From Microgenomates group bacterium GW2011_GWF2_47_9 (GTDB lineage: Bacteria > Patescibacteriota > Microgenomatia > UBA1400 > UBA12108), in NCBI GenBank assembly GCA_001003385.1, contig LCPA01000002.1, positions 1 through 35,498 of the forward strand: a stretch of DNA of 35,498 nucleotides, written 5' to 3'. Positions 1-7,937 of the stretch are shown one piece after another. The notes under the pieces were generated by a model. The model made no database searches. It saw only the letters and a list, made by a program, of their open reading frames with translations, and was not told where the DNA came from. Every line of letters starts with the position of its first letter. The first letter of the stretch is position 1. Both the position numbers and the translations under genes were made by a program.

Positions 1-56
1 TTTCTTGAGGAAGTTCAGCTTTTTATTGGATTTTTTGGCGGCTTTTCTTTTGGACA
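1..56 (-). CDS. 5' end of an unidentified gene running off the left edge (first 18 codons MSKRKAAKKSNKKLNFLK, lysine-rich)
   Basis: ATG at 54-56 (minus strand) preceded by a purine-rich GAGGGGAG stretch (65-72, minus strand). The frame stays open to position 1. It lies just downstream of the groEL terminator. Too short for any homology call. Confidence 0.3.
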
Positions 57-127
57 TACACCTAACTCCCCTCTTTTTATCATTATTTACTTAACAATAG
101 GTGAAATGGGCACCGCCTGTCAATAGC

Positions 128-152
128 AAAACCCCGCTTGCGGCGGGGTTTT
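128..152 (-). terminator. Rho-independent terminator downstream of groEL (symmetrical, potentially bidirectional)
   Basis: Perfect stem CCCCGC (132-137) / GCGGGG (143-148) with a 5-nt loop, flanked by AAAA (128-131) and TTTT (149-152). It sits 27 nt after the groEL stop at 179. Confidence 0.65.
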
Positions 153-178
153 GAAAAGACATTTAACAAAAAATAGGC

Positions 179-1807
179 TTACATCATGCCGCCCATGCCA
201 CCCATGCCGGGACTGGCGGGAGATTCGGATTTTTCCTCGGGGAGATCGGTGATCAAACATTCGGTGGTAAGGATCATGCTCGCGACACTCGCGGCATTTT
301 GGAGAGCGTTTCGTGTCACCTTGACTGGATCGAGTACCCCCATTTCGAGCATGTCGCCAAATTCGAGCGAGGCGGCGTTAAAGCCGTAGCTAGAACTTGT
401 GTTTTCGAGGACTTTGCGGACAACCCATCCCTCATCAGCTCCACTATTTTTGGCGAGCCAACGGACCGGTTGTTCGAGAGCAAAGCGGACAATCTTGACC
501 CCAACTGCTTCATCGTCAGACTCAGTTGCAAGTTTGTCTAGGACTGGGATGGTGCGCAAGAGAGCAATACCTCCACCTGCGACGATACCTTCCTCAATTG
601 CGGCCTTGGTCGCACCCACCGCGTCTTTGACGCGTTCTTTGACTTCTTTGAGTTCGACTTCGCTTGAGGCACCGACTTTGATGACCGCGACACCACCGAC
701 TAGTTTGGCTAGGCGTTCTTGGAGTTTTTCACGATCAAAGTCCGAATCGACTTTTTCGAGTTCTTTGCGAAGCTGAGAGACTCTCGCGTCGAGAGCCGCC
801 TTGTCGCCTTTACCACCGACAATTTTGGTTTCGTCTTTGGTTGAGACTACGCGATCTGCACGCCCCAAGTCCTCAAGAGTGACTGAGTCGAGCTTGCGCC
901 CCAGGTCAGACGAGATAACGGTGGCGCCTGTAAGAATAGCAATATCATCGAGCATGGCCTTGCGGCGGTCGCCAAATCCGGGAGCTTTGACACCTAGAAT
1001 ATTGAATGAACCGCGGAGCTTGTTGACGACTAGGGTAGCCAAGGCTTCGCCTTCGATATCGTCGGCAATAAGAACTAGGTTCTTGCTTACCTTGACAAAG
1101 CTTTCAAGGAAAGGCACCAGTTCTTGGATAGAGCTTACCTTTTGATCGGTAACTAGGATGTGGGGAGACTCCATATTTGCCTCCATCGAATCGGGGTCGG
1201 TGACAAAGTAGCTACTAATGTAGCCTTTGTCGAAGGCCATGCCTTCTGTATGTTCGATCTCGATTTCAAGGCCTTTACTTTCCTCGACTTCGACTACCCC
1301 ATCTTTGCCGACAAGAGTGAGAGCTTCGGCAATTTTTTGGCCAATCTCTTCGTTTTGGGCACTAATTGTGGCTACTTTGACCCAATCTTCTTTTTTGACC
1401 TCTTTCTTGACTTTCTTAAGCTCGGCGACTACTGCAGAAACTGCTTTGTCGATACCCTTTTTCATGAGCATGGGGTTGGTGCCGGTTGTGATGTTTTTCA
1501 TCCCAGCTGAGACGATTTGCTGGGCAAGGAGGGTGGCGGTGGTGGTACCATCCCCTGCCGCATCATTGGTGCGACTGGCCGCCTCTTTGACTAGCTGAGC
1601 TCCCATGTTCTCAAATTTGTCTTCTAGTTCAATCTCTTTGGCAACGGAGACTCCGTCGTGAACGATCGCTGGAGCGCCCCATTTTTTATCCATGGCAACA
1701 TTGCGGCCGCGAGGACCCAAAGTTGTGACCACGGCGGCGGCAAGTTTGTTAACACCGCTTAACAGTTTTTGACGAGCGTCGTCTGAATAGATTATTTTTT
1801 TAGGCAT
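179..1807 (-). CDS. groEL: Chaperonin GroEL (60 kDa), 542 aa
   Basis: Hallmark motifs [14 protein letters not shown] and [12 protein letters not shown], plus a C-terminal GMGGMGGMM tail. I trimmed the track ORF (start 1825, non-ATG) to the ATG at 1807, which has a perfect AAGGAGG Shine-Dalgarno at 1813-1819. It sits immediately downstream of groES. Confidence 0.97.
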   Translation of the reverse strand: MPKKIIYSDDARQKLLSGVNKLAAAVVTTLGPRGRNVAMDKKWGAPAIVHDGVSVAKEIELEDKFENMGAQLVKEAASRTNDAAGDGTTTATLLAQQIVSAGMKNITTGTNPMLMKKGIDKAVSAVVAELKKVKKEVKKEDWVKVATISAQNEEIGQKIAEALTLVGKDGVVEVEESKGLEIEIEHTEGMAFDKGYISSYFVTDPDSMEANMESPHILVTDQKVSSIQELVPFLESFVKVSKNLVLIADDIEGEALATLVVNKLRGSFNILGVKAPGFGDRRKAMLDDIAILTGATVISSDLGRKLDSVTLEDLGRADRVVSTKDETKIVGGKGDKAALDARVSQLRKELEKVDSDFDREKLQERLAKLVGGVAVIKVGASSEVELKEVKERVKDAVGATKAAIEEGIVAGGGIALLRTIPVLDKLATESDDEAVGVKIVRFALEQPVRWLAKNSGADEGWVVRKVLENTSSSYGFNAASLEFGDMLEMGVLDPVKVTRNALQNAASVASMILTTECLITDLPEEKSESPASPGMGGMGGMM

Positions 1808-1825
1808 TATGACCTCCTTATGCAA

Positions 1826-2128
1826 TTATTTGATAACGGCGAGAATGTCCTCGAACTTGAGGAACTGATATTCGATGTCAGCGATCTTAACGTCGTTGCC
1901 ACCCCATTTTTTGTAGACAACTTTGTCGCCAGACTTGACGGGACTTTTGACTGTGGCCCCTTGTTCACTAACCCAGTCGGCGCCAACAGCAAGTACGGTG
2001 CCAGCCTGGGGTTTTTCGTCATGATTGTCGGGGAGATAGATGCCTCCCTGGGTTTGTTTTTGTTTGGCGTCTGGTTCAACTAAGACATAACCTGGGGTGG
2101 GATTTAGTTTTTTGGGATCTAACTGCAT
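1826..2128 (-). CDS. groES: Co-chaperonin GroES (10 kDa), 100 aa
   Basis: Typical GroES length and sequence (GYVLVEP...GGIYLPD...GTVLAVG...GDKVVYKKWGG). AAGGAG Shine-Dalgarno at 2133-2138. It lies directly upstream of groEL. Confidence 0.95.
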   Translation of the reverse strand: MQLDPKKLNPTPGYVLVEPDAKQKQTQGGIYLPDNHDEKPQAGTVLAVGADWVSEQGATVKSPVKSGDKVVYKKWGGNDVKIADIEYQFLKFEDILAVIK

Positions 2129-2179
2129 AGAACTCCTTTTCTATAAAAAATACAAATAATTAAGCATTTATTGAAGTGT

Positions 2180-2206
2180 TTATCACTCTGTTCGTGCGAG
2201 TGCTAT
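2180..2206 (-). promoter_or_regulatory. CIRCE operator (HrcA binding site) in the groES leader
   Basis: TTATCACTC-N9-GAGTGCTAT against the CIRCE consensus TTAGCACTC-N9-GAGTGCTAA. The 9-nt spacer is exact and the inverted repeat is otherwise perfect. It overlaps the -10 box of the groES promoter. Confidence 0.8.
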
Positions 2207-2233
2207 ATTAGCAATGGCTTCCCGGAGTGTCAA
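2205..2233 (-). promoter_or_regulatory. Sigma-70 type promoter of groES-groEL
   Basis: On the minus strand: TTGACA (2228-2233), 17-nt spacer, TAATAT (2205-2210). This gives a leader of about 70 nt containing CIRCE and the Shine-Dalgarno sequence. Confidence 0.7.
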
Positions 2234-2243
2234 CTAGGTCAAA

Positions 2244-3065
2244 CTATACAAGAGGTGGGGAGGAGACTGTTAGAACTTCGTTTTCTGGTAGGCGAAAAAG
2301 AGGTTCGCCAAGACGTTTTTGATCTAGATAATGAGCAATAAAGCCAACACTTCGAGAAAGGACAAAAACAGCATTAAAGAATTCTGTTTCGAGTAGGCCT
2401 GAAATCTCGGCTGAGCCGAGATGCTCTTCTTCTGATAAAAGATCTAGAAGTACGGCGGCGATACAACCGTCGACATTGAGAATTAGATTGGGTTTTTTGG
2501 CGGTGGTTTGAGAGGAGACCTGACGAGCAAAGTCTAGGTAGGGATGGGCGATATCCTCGACAACTTTTGTGAGGATTTCTACGCGGGGGTCTGGCAAAGT
2601 AACGGAGTATTTGCGATGTCCAATACCGGGGATATAAGCTTTGCGTTTGGCGTAATCTTCAACAACATCAACCGGAGAAGTGCCAGCCTCGACAGAATGA
2701 AACCAAACTGAGGCCGCGCCGTTAATTGCTCCACCGAAGCGCGGGCCGATTGTTAGGAGTCCTGAAACCAGGGATGAGACCAAGTCTTTGCCGGCACGAG
2801 CAGTAATAATCGTGTTGACGGCGCCTGAAACGTAGGGGCCATGATCGACAAGAAGACGTAGGGTGAGGTCGAGAGCTTTTTCGAGGCGCGCTGACTTTAA
2901 TGGCCGACCTAACCAAAGCGAACCAGCGAGCCAAGCTAGACTTTGAGTGGAAGCTGTGGTTGTAAGGTCGGAGCCTAGAATCGTGGCGATGCCATTGACA
3001 TCACCACTAATTGTAGAGGTAAGTAGGGAGGGTTTGCGATCGTTAAGTTCACTTGCCTGTTTCAT
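2244..3065 (-). CDS. ccl: Citrate-synthase-like / citryl-CoA-lyase module of ATP-citrate lyase, as a stand-alone 273-aa protein
   Basis: Near-colinear with the C-terminal domain of eukaryotic ACLY/AclA as I recall it: LLVDHGPYVSGAVNTIITARAGKDLVSSLVSGLLTIGPRFGG, IPGIGHRKYS, KKPNLILNVDG, FVLSRSVGFIAHYLDQKRL. The ATG is at 3063-3065. Confidence 0.8.
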   Translation of the reverse strand: MKQASELNDRKPSLLTSTISGDVNGIATILGSDLTTTASTQSLAWLAGSLWLGRPLKSARLEKALDLTLRLLVDHGPYVSGAVNTIITARAGKDLVSSLVSGLLTIGPRFGGAINGAASVWFHSVEAGTSPVDVVEDYAKRKAYIPGIGHRKYSVTLPDPRVEILTKVVEDIAHPYLDFARQVSSQTTAKKPNLILNVDGCIAAVLLDLLSEEEHLGSAEISGLLETEFFNAVFVLSRSVGFIAHYLDQKRLGEPLFRLPENEVLTVSSPPLV

Positions 3066-3083
3066 AGACCAAGGATAGCATAT

Positions 3084-4031
3084 TTAAAGCTGACCAACTT
3101 CAGCAACAAACGCACTAAAAGAGTCGGTAACGGTAAAGCCAGCCTCGCGAAGTGCTTTTCTTTTGGACAAAGCTGAGTCTTTGACACTTGCGGCTTTGGC
3201 TTTGGCATGGCCAAATTGAGGAGATTCGGGGAAAAGGTCGGCGACGGTGCCTGCAATGTGAGCGATAACTTTTTTAGTAAATTTGCCCTCCTCTTTGAGC
3301 TTGACTAGTTCGTACTCGTCTAGCCCCCCGAGCTCGCCGTAGTAGAGTACTGCGGTTGTCGCCGGATCGGCTTCTGCAAGTAAAAAGGCTTGGGAAGGAG
3401 AGAGAATCGGAAAGCGATCTCCACCAAAGGAGAGAGCAAATGAAAGGTGGTGACCAGCAAGAGCGGCGACACTAATGAGCTCATTGGTCATCCCGCCTGA
3501 AGCAGATAAGACGGCAATGTGACCTGGCTTGATGATGCCTGATTCTTCGACTTGAAGGGGGGTGATTCCGCCAATTGGGCCTAACTTGAGAGCGGTGGGG
3601 ACAAGCAGACCAACAGAGGCCGGACCGAGGATTAGGGGAGAGTAGCGTGATCCCTCTACGGTGCGCAGGATTGAGTGGGCGTGAAGTTCGGGAACATTCT
3701 CAGCAAAAAGGACACCACCAGCGTAGTTAAAATCGAGAAGTTCGAGAGTAGAGGGCAAAGTACGACGACCAGAGCTAATGTTGAAGAACCAATTTGTAGA
3801 ATCGCTTGGAAGTGGTACGCTTTTTACAGAAATAAAGGTGGGAAACAAAACTTCCTCTTTACCAAAGAAGAATTTGGTATACCCTCTCTTGCCAGTCACA
3901 ACGGCAATAAGGCTAGGCTGGCTTTTCCCACTCAAATAATCAAAATCTAGTATTGATTGAATGAGAGCGGGGTGGTTACCAATGACGACAATTTTGTTCT
4001 TTCTGGCCCGGATTTGTTCGATGTTAATCAT
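3084..4031 (-). CDS. aclA: ATP-citrate lyase alpha-type CoA-binding/CoA-ligase module with phosphohistidine loop, 315 aa
   Basis: ILDFDY motif, GPASVG, SASGGMTNEL, GGDRFP, and the loop QFGHAKAKA followed by KALREAGFTV. This matches ACLY QFGHAGA...KNQALKEAGVFV from memory. The start ATG overlaps the aclB stop (ATGA at 4028-4031). Confidence 0.8.
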   Translation of the reverse strand: MINIEQIRARKNKIVVIGNHPALIQSILDFDYLSGKSQPSLIAVVTGKRGYTKFFFGKEEVLFPTFISVKSVPLPSDSTNWFFNISSGRRTLPSTLELLDFNYAGGVLFAENVPELHAHSILRTVEGSRYSPLILGPASVGLLVPTALKLGPIGGITPLQVEESGIIKPGHIAVLSASGGMTNELISVAALAGHHLSFALSFGGDRFPILSPSQAFLLAEADPATTAVLYYGELGGLDEYELVKLKEEGKFTKKVIAHIAGTVADLFPESPQFGHAKAKAASVKDSALSKRKALREAGFTVTDSFSAFVAEVGQL

Positions 4032-5215
4032 GATTCAATATATTTGATAGCTTGACTAATAACGTTGGTTAAAACAACATCTCGACCAGACACTTCCCCA
4101 AGTAGGGAAGATTTGGCAAGGTAGGCTTTGATCATTGTAAGTCCTTTTTGTTCGTTGGGACCACCACGGCGAACAAAGACTTTGACGCCCAAACGAACAA
4201 GTTCTTTCTCGTGCTCTTTGAGAGCCCGGATAATACCGGAGAAGGTTTTGGCAACGTCCGTGAAATTGGCAACGCCCCCGGCAATTATAAGAACTTTGCG
4301 GGGAGCTGTAGAGCGAATTAGTTCGGTAAGGACAAGAGAGGTATAGGCGTAAGTATCATCGTCACTCGGGGCGCCAGAATACTCACCGTAGTTGCCAAGC
4401 TCTTTGCCATAACCAAGATCAGTAGCCTCGTCAGCCAAGACGAGCGAGGCTCCTCCACCTGACAAGAGTAGCCAAATTGAGCCGTTTTGGTTTAGCGAGC
4501 GAAATTTGAGAGAGGCGGGGGTAGTGGCGTCAAGAAGGGCAATTTGCTGTTCGACTGGCTGATTTCTGCGTTCGGTAACGGGAGTGAGCGAAATGGGGAA
4601 GCCGGGGAGCGCGAGGCCTGCACTATCTATTTCGCCTGCCGCGTCGAGGAAAATGAGTTTATCTCCAATGATTAAGACTGGATTACATTCGAGAAAGACG
4701 AGATGATGCTCTATCAGCGCGTTAATTAGCTTGTCGAGGATAGGATGAAGCATAGGAGGGAGCCAAGAGGGAAAAATGTATTTCCCCTCACGACTTGTTA
4801 GGAGAGCCGATCTAACGCTATCCCAAGTTGATTCGACAGAGACACCACCCTTCTCACCCCAAGAAAGATGCCATCCCTCTCTCACTAATTCGAGGGCGAG
4901 GTATTTTTCATCTTGTTCTTGATGAGGAAGATATCCTTCGACAATGAAGTTGGACCAGCCAAGCTTGCGCCAAGCTTGGGCGGCCTCGTAAACAGAGGCG
5001 ACTGTAAGATTGAGCTTGACCAAGCCCACCACCCCACGCTTTTTGACTCCCTGGTCAACCTTGATGACGAGAGAGTCTAAGTTGTTGGAACGAGCGAAGG
5101 AGGTGAGTTCGAGAAGGGTGGAGTCGGTGGACAGACGAAAAACGCTTGCTTGGGAAGGAAAGATTTTCGCAAGGATTGCTTTAACGTCTGACTCTAAAAG
5201 TTTAACCCTAGCCAT
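4028..5215 (-). CDS. aclB: ATP-citrate lyase beta-type ATP-grasp/citrate-binding subunit, 395 aa
   Basis: Strong ACLY N-terminal-like blocks: KVDQGVKKRG..GLVKLNLT, FLECNPV, SGGGASLVLADEATDLGYGKELGNYGEYSGAPSDDDTYAY, IAGGVANFTDVAKTFSGIIRAL, VFVRRGGPNEQKGL. Confidence 0.85.
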   Translation of the reverse strand: MARVKLLESDVKAILAKIFPSQASVFRLSTDSTLLELTSFARSNNLDSLVIKVDQGVKKRGVVGLVKLNLTVASVYEAAQAWRKLGWSNFIVEGYLPHQEQDEKYLALELVREGWHLSWGEKGGVSVESTWDSVRSALLTSREGKYIFPSWLPPMLHPILDKLINALIEHHLVFLECNPVLIIGDKLIFLDAAGEIDSAGLALPGFPISLTPVTERRNQPVEQQIALLDATTPASLKFRSLNQNGSIWLLLSGGGASLVLADEATDLGYGKELGNYGEYSGAPSDDDTYAYTSLVLTELIRSTAPRKVLIIAGGVANFTDVAKTFSGIIRALKEHEKELVRLGVKVFVRRGGPNEQKGLTMIKAYLAKSSLLGEVSGRDVVLTNVISQAIKYIES

Positions 5216-5221
5216 AGATAG

Positions 5222-5797
5222 CTATTGAAGGACTGTAGCCCCGTTCTGGTGGATGGTGAGCTCGGAGAGCAAGACTCCCTCACAGATAAGTCCGCGGCTA
5301 ACAAATTCTTTGTTTAGTTCAATTTTAAGCTTTTCTTCGAGTTCGGGGCGGGCGGTTTTGATCTCGCCGCTTGAGACGGTTGCAATAATTGAGGAAATTT
5401 TGGAGCGAGAAAAGGGACGGACGACCTTGGAGACAACGTGTTCGCCAATGTTTTCCCATAGTTCGGGGGCGTTGGCTTTGTCGAGGCGGAAGAGAATCGA
5501 GCCTTCGACTGTGATACTGACTCCGTCTCTTGTTGCGGTGTGGATAGGCTCATCACCTAGACTCTCTTTGTTTGTGAGATCAAAACCCTTGTGGAGCGAG
5601 TATTCGAGAACTTGGGCATTGAAGAGTTTGGCTACCTGCCAGAAAGGAATTTTGAGGTGAAGGCCGGGGCCATAAACCTGCTTGAGGACTCCCCTGCCCC
5701 GATCGTAGATACATGCGATATGTCCGGGGGGAACAGAGATAAAAAAACCGCCAACTACTTCATCTACCAGGAAAGACACCACAAGATTGTCGAACAT
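5222..5797 (-). CDS. SPFH/band-7 (prohibitin-like) membrane protein, 191 aa
   Basis: N-terminal hydrophobic segment, then a typical SPFH core (PPGHIACIYDRGRGVLKQVYGPGLHLKIPFWQ...TRDGVSITVEGSILFRL). The stop is 6 nt before the aclB start. Confidence 0.7.
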   Translation of the reverse strand: MFDNLVVSFLVDEVVGGFFISVPPGHIACIYDRGRGVLKQVYGPGLHLKIPFWQVAKLFNAQVLEYSLHKGFDLTNKESLGDEPIHTATRDGVSITVEGSILFRLDKANAPELWENIGEHVVSKVVRPFSRSKISSIIATVSSGEIKTARPELEEKLKIELNKEFVSRGLICEGVLLSELTIHQNGATVLQ

Positions 5798-5803
5798 GAG
5801 TGA

Positions 5804-5812
5804 ATTTTAGCA
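5804..5812 (-). promoter_or_regulatory. Extended -10 promoter TGcTAAAAT, 6 nt upstream of the SPFH ATG (candidate leaderless start)
   Basis: The minus strand reads TGCTAAAAT-tcactc-ATG (ATG at 5795-5797). There is no Shine-Dalgarno sequence. Confidence 0.55.
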
Positions 5813-5833
5813 CACCTACCAGAAAAAATATGC

Positions 5834-6598
5834 TTAGTTTTCGGGGGGTAATGGTGATTCGGAGGGAGTAGCTTCAACTTTTTTAGTAAAACGCTCGGAG
5901 AGGCGGGCGATGAGCGACTGGATAATCCGAATAGAGTTGTAGATTGTGGAAAATACCAGGGAAGTAATAATAAAGACTTTCTTGCCGGCAGGCATGGCCA
6001 AAAAAACTAGATAAGAACCAACGGGTAAAACAAATTGGAGCATGGTAACGTCGCGACGAGAGACTGGGAAGGGAGAGCGAATGGCTAAGAGGAGTTCGAC
6101 GATAAAGATCATGGCAGACTGGATGAGGTTGAGGGTGGCGTTGGTATGGCTTAGGTCATATTTTCCTAGAAATAGGAGATTGACGCTATTAATCTGAGGC
6201 ATAAAGGGATAGAGCAAATGAAAATCCTCGCCTTCGAGGCCGGTTGTAAAAATGCGGTACAGCATGACAATGATAATGAGCTGAATGATGAGGTTGGCTG
6301 ATGTTGCAAGAACCGTCCTTTTGTTGGCGCGCATGACTTTGCGCACCTCTTGTTTGGCGAGAATGGGATCATGAGAGTAGCGAGCTTTAAGTTCTTCGAC
6401 GACTCCGGCGATTTTGCGCTTTTCTTCCTCTTTCCTTTCACTTGCGATGGTGAGGGGGAAGGTAAACAGTCGAACGACGAGGGAAAAGATGATTACTGCA
6501 ATACCCATATCCAGAAGTTCTGGAGAAAGGCGACCGAGAAGCCAATAGATTCCAACTAAAATATTGAAGAAGGGCTGATAGATGTAAGTTTCAAACAT
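5834..6598 (-). CDS. YidC/Oxa1-family membrane insertase, divergent second paralog, 254 aa
   Basis: The N-terminus IYQPFFNILVGIYWLL and the TM1 arginine (VVRLFTFPL) parallel the canonical YidC at 20927-21691 (VYQPILNTLIWLY, LVRGLLIPFTLP), and it has several TM helices. I trimmed the track start (6625, non-ATG) to the ATG at 6598, which removes the overlap with the upstream gene. Confidence 0.65.
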   Translation of the reverse strand: MFETYIYQPFFNILVGIYWLLGRLSPELLDMGIAVIIFSLVVRLFTFPLTIASERKEEEKRKIAGVVEELKARYSHDPILAKQEVRKVMRANKRTVLATSANLIIQLIIIVMLYRIFTTGLEGEDFHLLYPFMPQINSVNLLFLGKYDLSHTNATLNLIQSAMIFIVELLLAIRSPFPVSRRDVTMLQFVLPVGSYLVFLAMPAGKKVFIITSLVFSTIYNSIRIIQSLIARLSERFTKKVEATPSESPLPPEN

Positions 6599-6604
6599 AG
6601 AGGC

Positions 6605-6610
6605 ATTATA
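6605..6610 (-). promoter_or_regulatory. -10 box TATAAT, 6 nt upstream of the YidC-paralog ATG (candidate leaderless start)
   Basis: The minus strand reads TATAAT-gcctct-ATG. The TAA stop of the upstream gene (6606-6608) lies inside the hexamer. No Shine-Dalgarno sequence. Confidence 0.5.
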
Positions 6611-7073
6611 CCTTGCTAGACACAATTTGGGTGGTAGAGACTGAGGGATTCCAGGTATGAACGACCACTAGTTCACAGCCATATTTTTTGCAGAGAAGAC
6701 GTTTGTTGTCTAAAAATGAAGTGTGGCTGGAGACGGCGTAATAATGAGGGCGGACGGAGGAGAGGAGAGAGTTGTAGGCGGCCTGATTATCAAAGTCGTC
6801 GGGGAGAAGAATCACATATTGAGCATATTCCCTTACTTTTTGAGCGCGGACTACTTGGATCTCAATCGGCCTTCCCTCCCCCTTCTGCGCCTTTGCCCGA
6901 GCGTCGCTTTCTACGCCAACAATAAGAGTGTCGCCTGCGCGGGCGGCTTTTTTCAAAAAATTGATGTGCTCGATATGGAGGAGATCAAAAAAACCGGTGG
7001 CTAAGACCAACCTTCGAGAGCGAGAATGGAGAGAATGGCTAATGCTTTTGATGGTGTCGATTGTGTAGAACAT
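6606..7073 (-). CDS. Cytidylyltransferase-like (HxGH-type nucleotidyltransferase fold) protein, 155 aa
   Basis: LATGFFDLLHIEHINFLKKAA resembles the GxFDxxHxGH signature of the TagD/RfaE-II/FAD-synthetase-type nucleotidyltransferases. The size fits a single domain. Confidence 0.55.
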   Translation of the reverse strand: MFYTIDTIKSISHSLHSRSRRLVLATGFFDLLHIEHINFLKKAARAGDTLIVGVESDARAKAQKGEGRPIEIQVVRAQKVREYAQYVILLPDDFDNQAAYNSLLSSVRPHYYAVSSHTSFLDNKRLLCKKYGCELVVVHTWNPSVSTTQIVSSKV

Positions 7074-7079
7074 GAGAGT

Positions 7080-7085
7080 ATTATA
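7080..7085 (-). promoter_or_regulatory. -10 box TATAAT, 6 nt upstream of the cytidylyltransferase-like ATG (candidate leaderless start)
   Basis: The minus strand reads TTATAAT-actctc-ATG. The TAA stop of the upstream gene (7081-7083) lies inside the hexamer. No Shine-Dalgarno sequence. Confidence 0.5.
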
Positions 7086-7935
7086 AGTCAGATTTTTTGG
7101 ACAGCTTGCGTAAGACTGTGAGGCCTGGGTTGTGAGGATGAAAGTAGGCGGAGTGCAGGGTTATATATTCGCTAGTAAGCTTGTTTTGCATATATTGGAG
7201 CTGTAAGCGGTAGGAAAGTAAATTGATTAGGCGCACAATAAAATTGGTATTTCTAGGCTCTTTAATCCTTCTTAAGGATCGCGTTTGGTAGTTGGGGAGG
7301 TAGTGGAAAATCCAGTCGTTTTTGGCGATAAGCATAGCGCGAGTATTGTAAGGATCATAGAGCGAGCGAGCCTGGACAAGTTCGTAGGCTGTGTAGAGCG
7401 ATTGTTTGGGTCGGGGAACGGGAAAAGAGACGGGAGAAAGGTATAAGTTTAGACAGATTTTACCTCTTGTGTGAGAGGAACCGGGTCGGCGACGGCGACC
7501 GGTAATTTCTATTAGGAGAGTGATGAAAATTCTGGTCAGCCATAGGGTGTCATTTTTGCAGATAACAAGAAAGTCGAGATCATCTTCGGAATCGGCATTG
7601 AGGACGGCGAGAGAGCCGGTTAAGTAAATAGCAAGAACAGAAGGGAAAAGAGAGAGAAGGCGGGCGGTGCGTTTGGCAAGAGTTAAAAGGCTTTTAGAAG
7701 CACGCTCTCTCTGGCGACGGAGAGAGGGGAGAGCGACGCGAGCGGGAAGGTGGTAAAAAATACCTGATTTTGTGACTGAGCCGGCCTCCACAAGCTCGGC
7801 AAGGGCTGTTTTAACCTCGACAAGAGTGGCTTTTTTCTCGATAAGCCGAGTGTGAATTTCTTTGGCGGTAAGAGGGAAATCAAAATGATCCGAATAAAGA
7901 AGAGTCCTCTTTATACAAAGCGCGAGAGATGACAT
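7081..7935 (-). CDS. Pol-beta-superfamily nucleotidyltransferase-domain protein with a possible N-terminal winged helix, 284 aa
   Basis: The GS...DxD pattern (LTGSLAVLNADSEDDLDFLVI) is typical of minimal nucleotidyltransferases. The N-terminal segment (LTAKEIHTRL...LAELVEAGSV) looks like a winged helix-turn-helix. Confidence 0.45.
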   Translation of the reverse strand: MSSLALCIKRTLLYSDHFDFPLTAKEIHTRLIEKKATLVEVKTALAELVEAGSVTKSGIFYHLPARVALPSLRRQRERASKSLLTLAKRTARLLSLFPSVLAIYLTGSLAVLNADSEDDLDFLVICKNDTLWLTRIFITLLIEITGRRRRPGSSHTRGKICLNLYLSPVSFPVPRPKQSLYTAYELVQARSLYDPYNTRAMLIAKNDWIFHYLPNYQTRSLRRIKEPRNTNFIVRLINLLSYRLQLQYMQNKLTSEYITLHSAYFHPHNPGLTVLRKLSKKSDL

Positions 7936-7937
7936 AT

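Noticed and set aside
186-1598. Several + strand ORFs of 67-125 aa (186-389, 299-541, 399-776, 801-1145, 1160-1510, 1227-1598) inside groEL
   Set aside because: They are antisense shadows of a confidently identified, highly conserved gene. The products are low-complexity (S/T/R/L-rich) with no start signals.
1808-1825. 5' extensions of track ORFs to upstream non-ATG starts (groEL 1825, YidC paralog 6625, flippase 19429, jag 20991, rnhA 18159, rnpA 22231, 994-aa gene 32551)
   Set aside because: In each case an in-frame ATG slightly downstream has a proper Shine-Dalgarno sequence or a correctly spaced -10 box, and it removes an implausible overlap with the upstream gene.
3066-3083. The possibility that the break between the ACL CoA-ligase module and the lyase module is a frameshift or nonsense pseudogene lesion
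   Set aside because: The break falls where fused ACLs have a non-conserved linker, both flanking ORFs are full-length for their domains, and the downstream ORF starts with an ATG. A recent sequencing error cannot be fully excluded without reads.
5798-5833. TTAGCAC half-site resembling a CIRCE arm upstream of the SPFH gene
   Set aside because: No inverted partner GTGCTAA occurs at the required 9-nt spacing. The sequence is better explained as part of the TGcTAAAAT extended -10 box.
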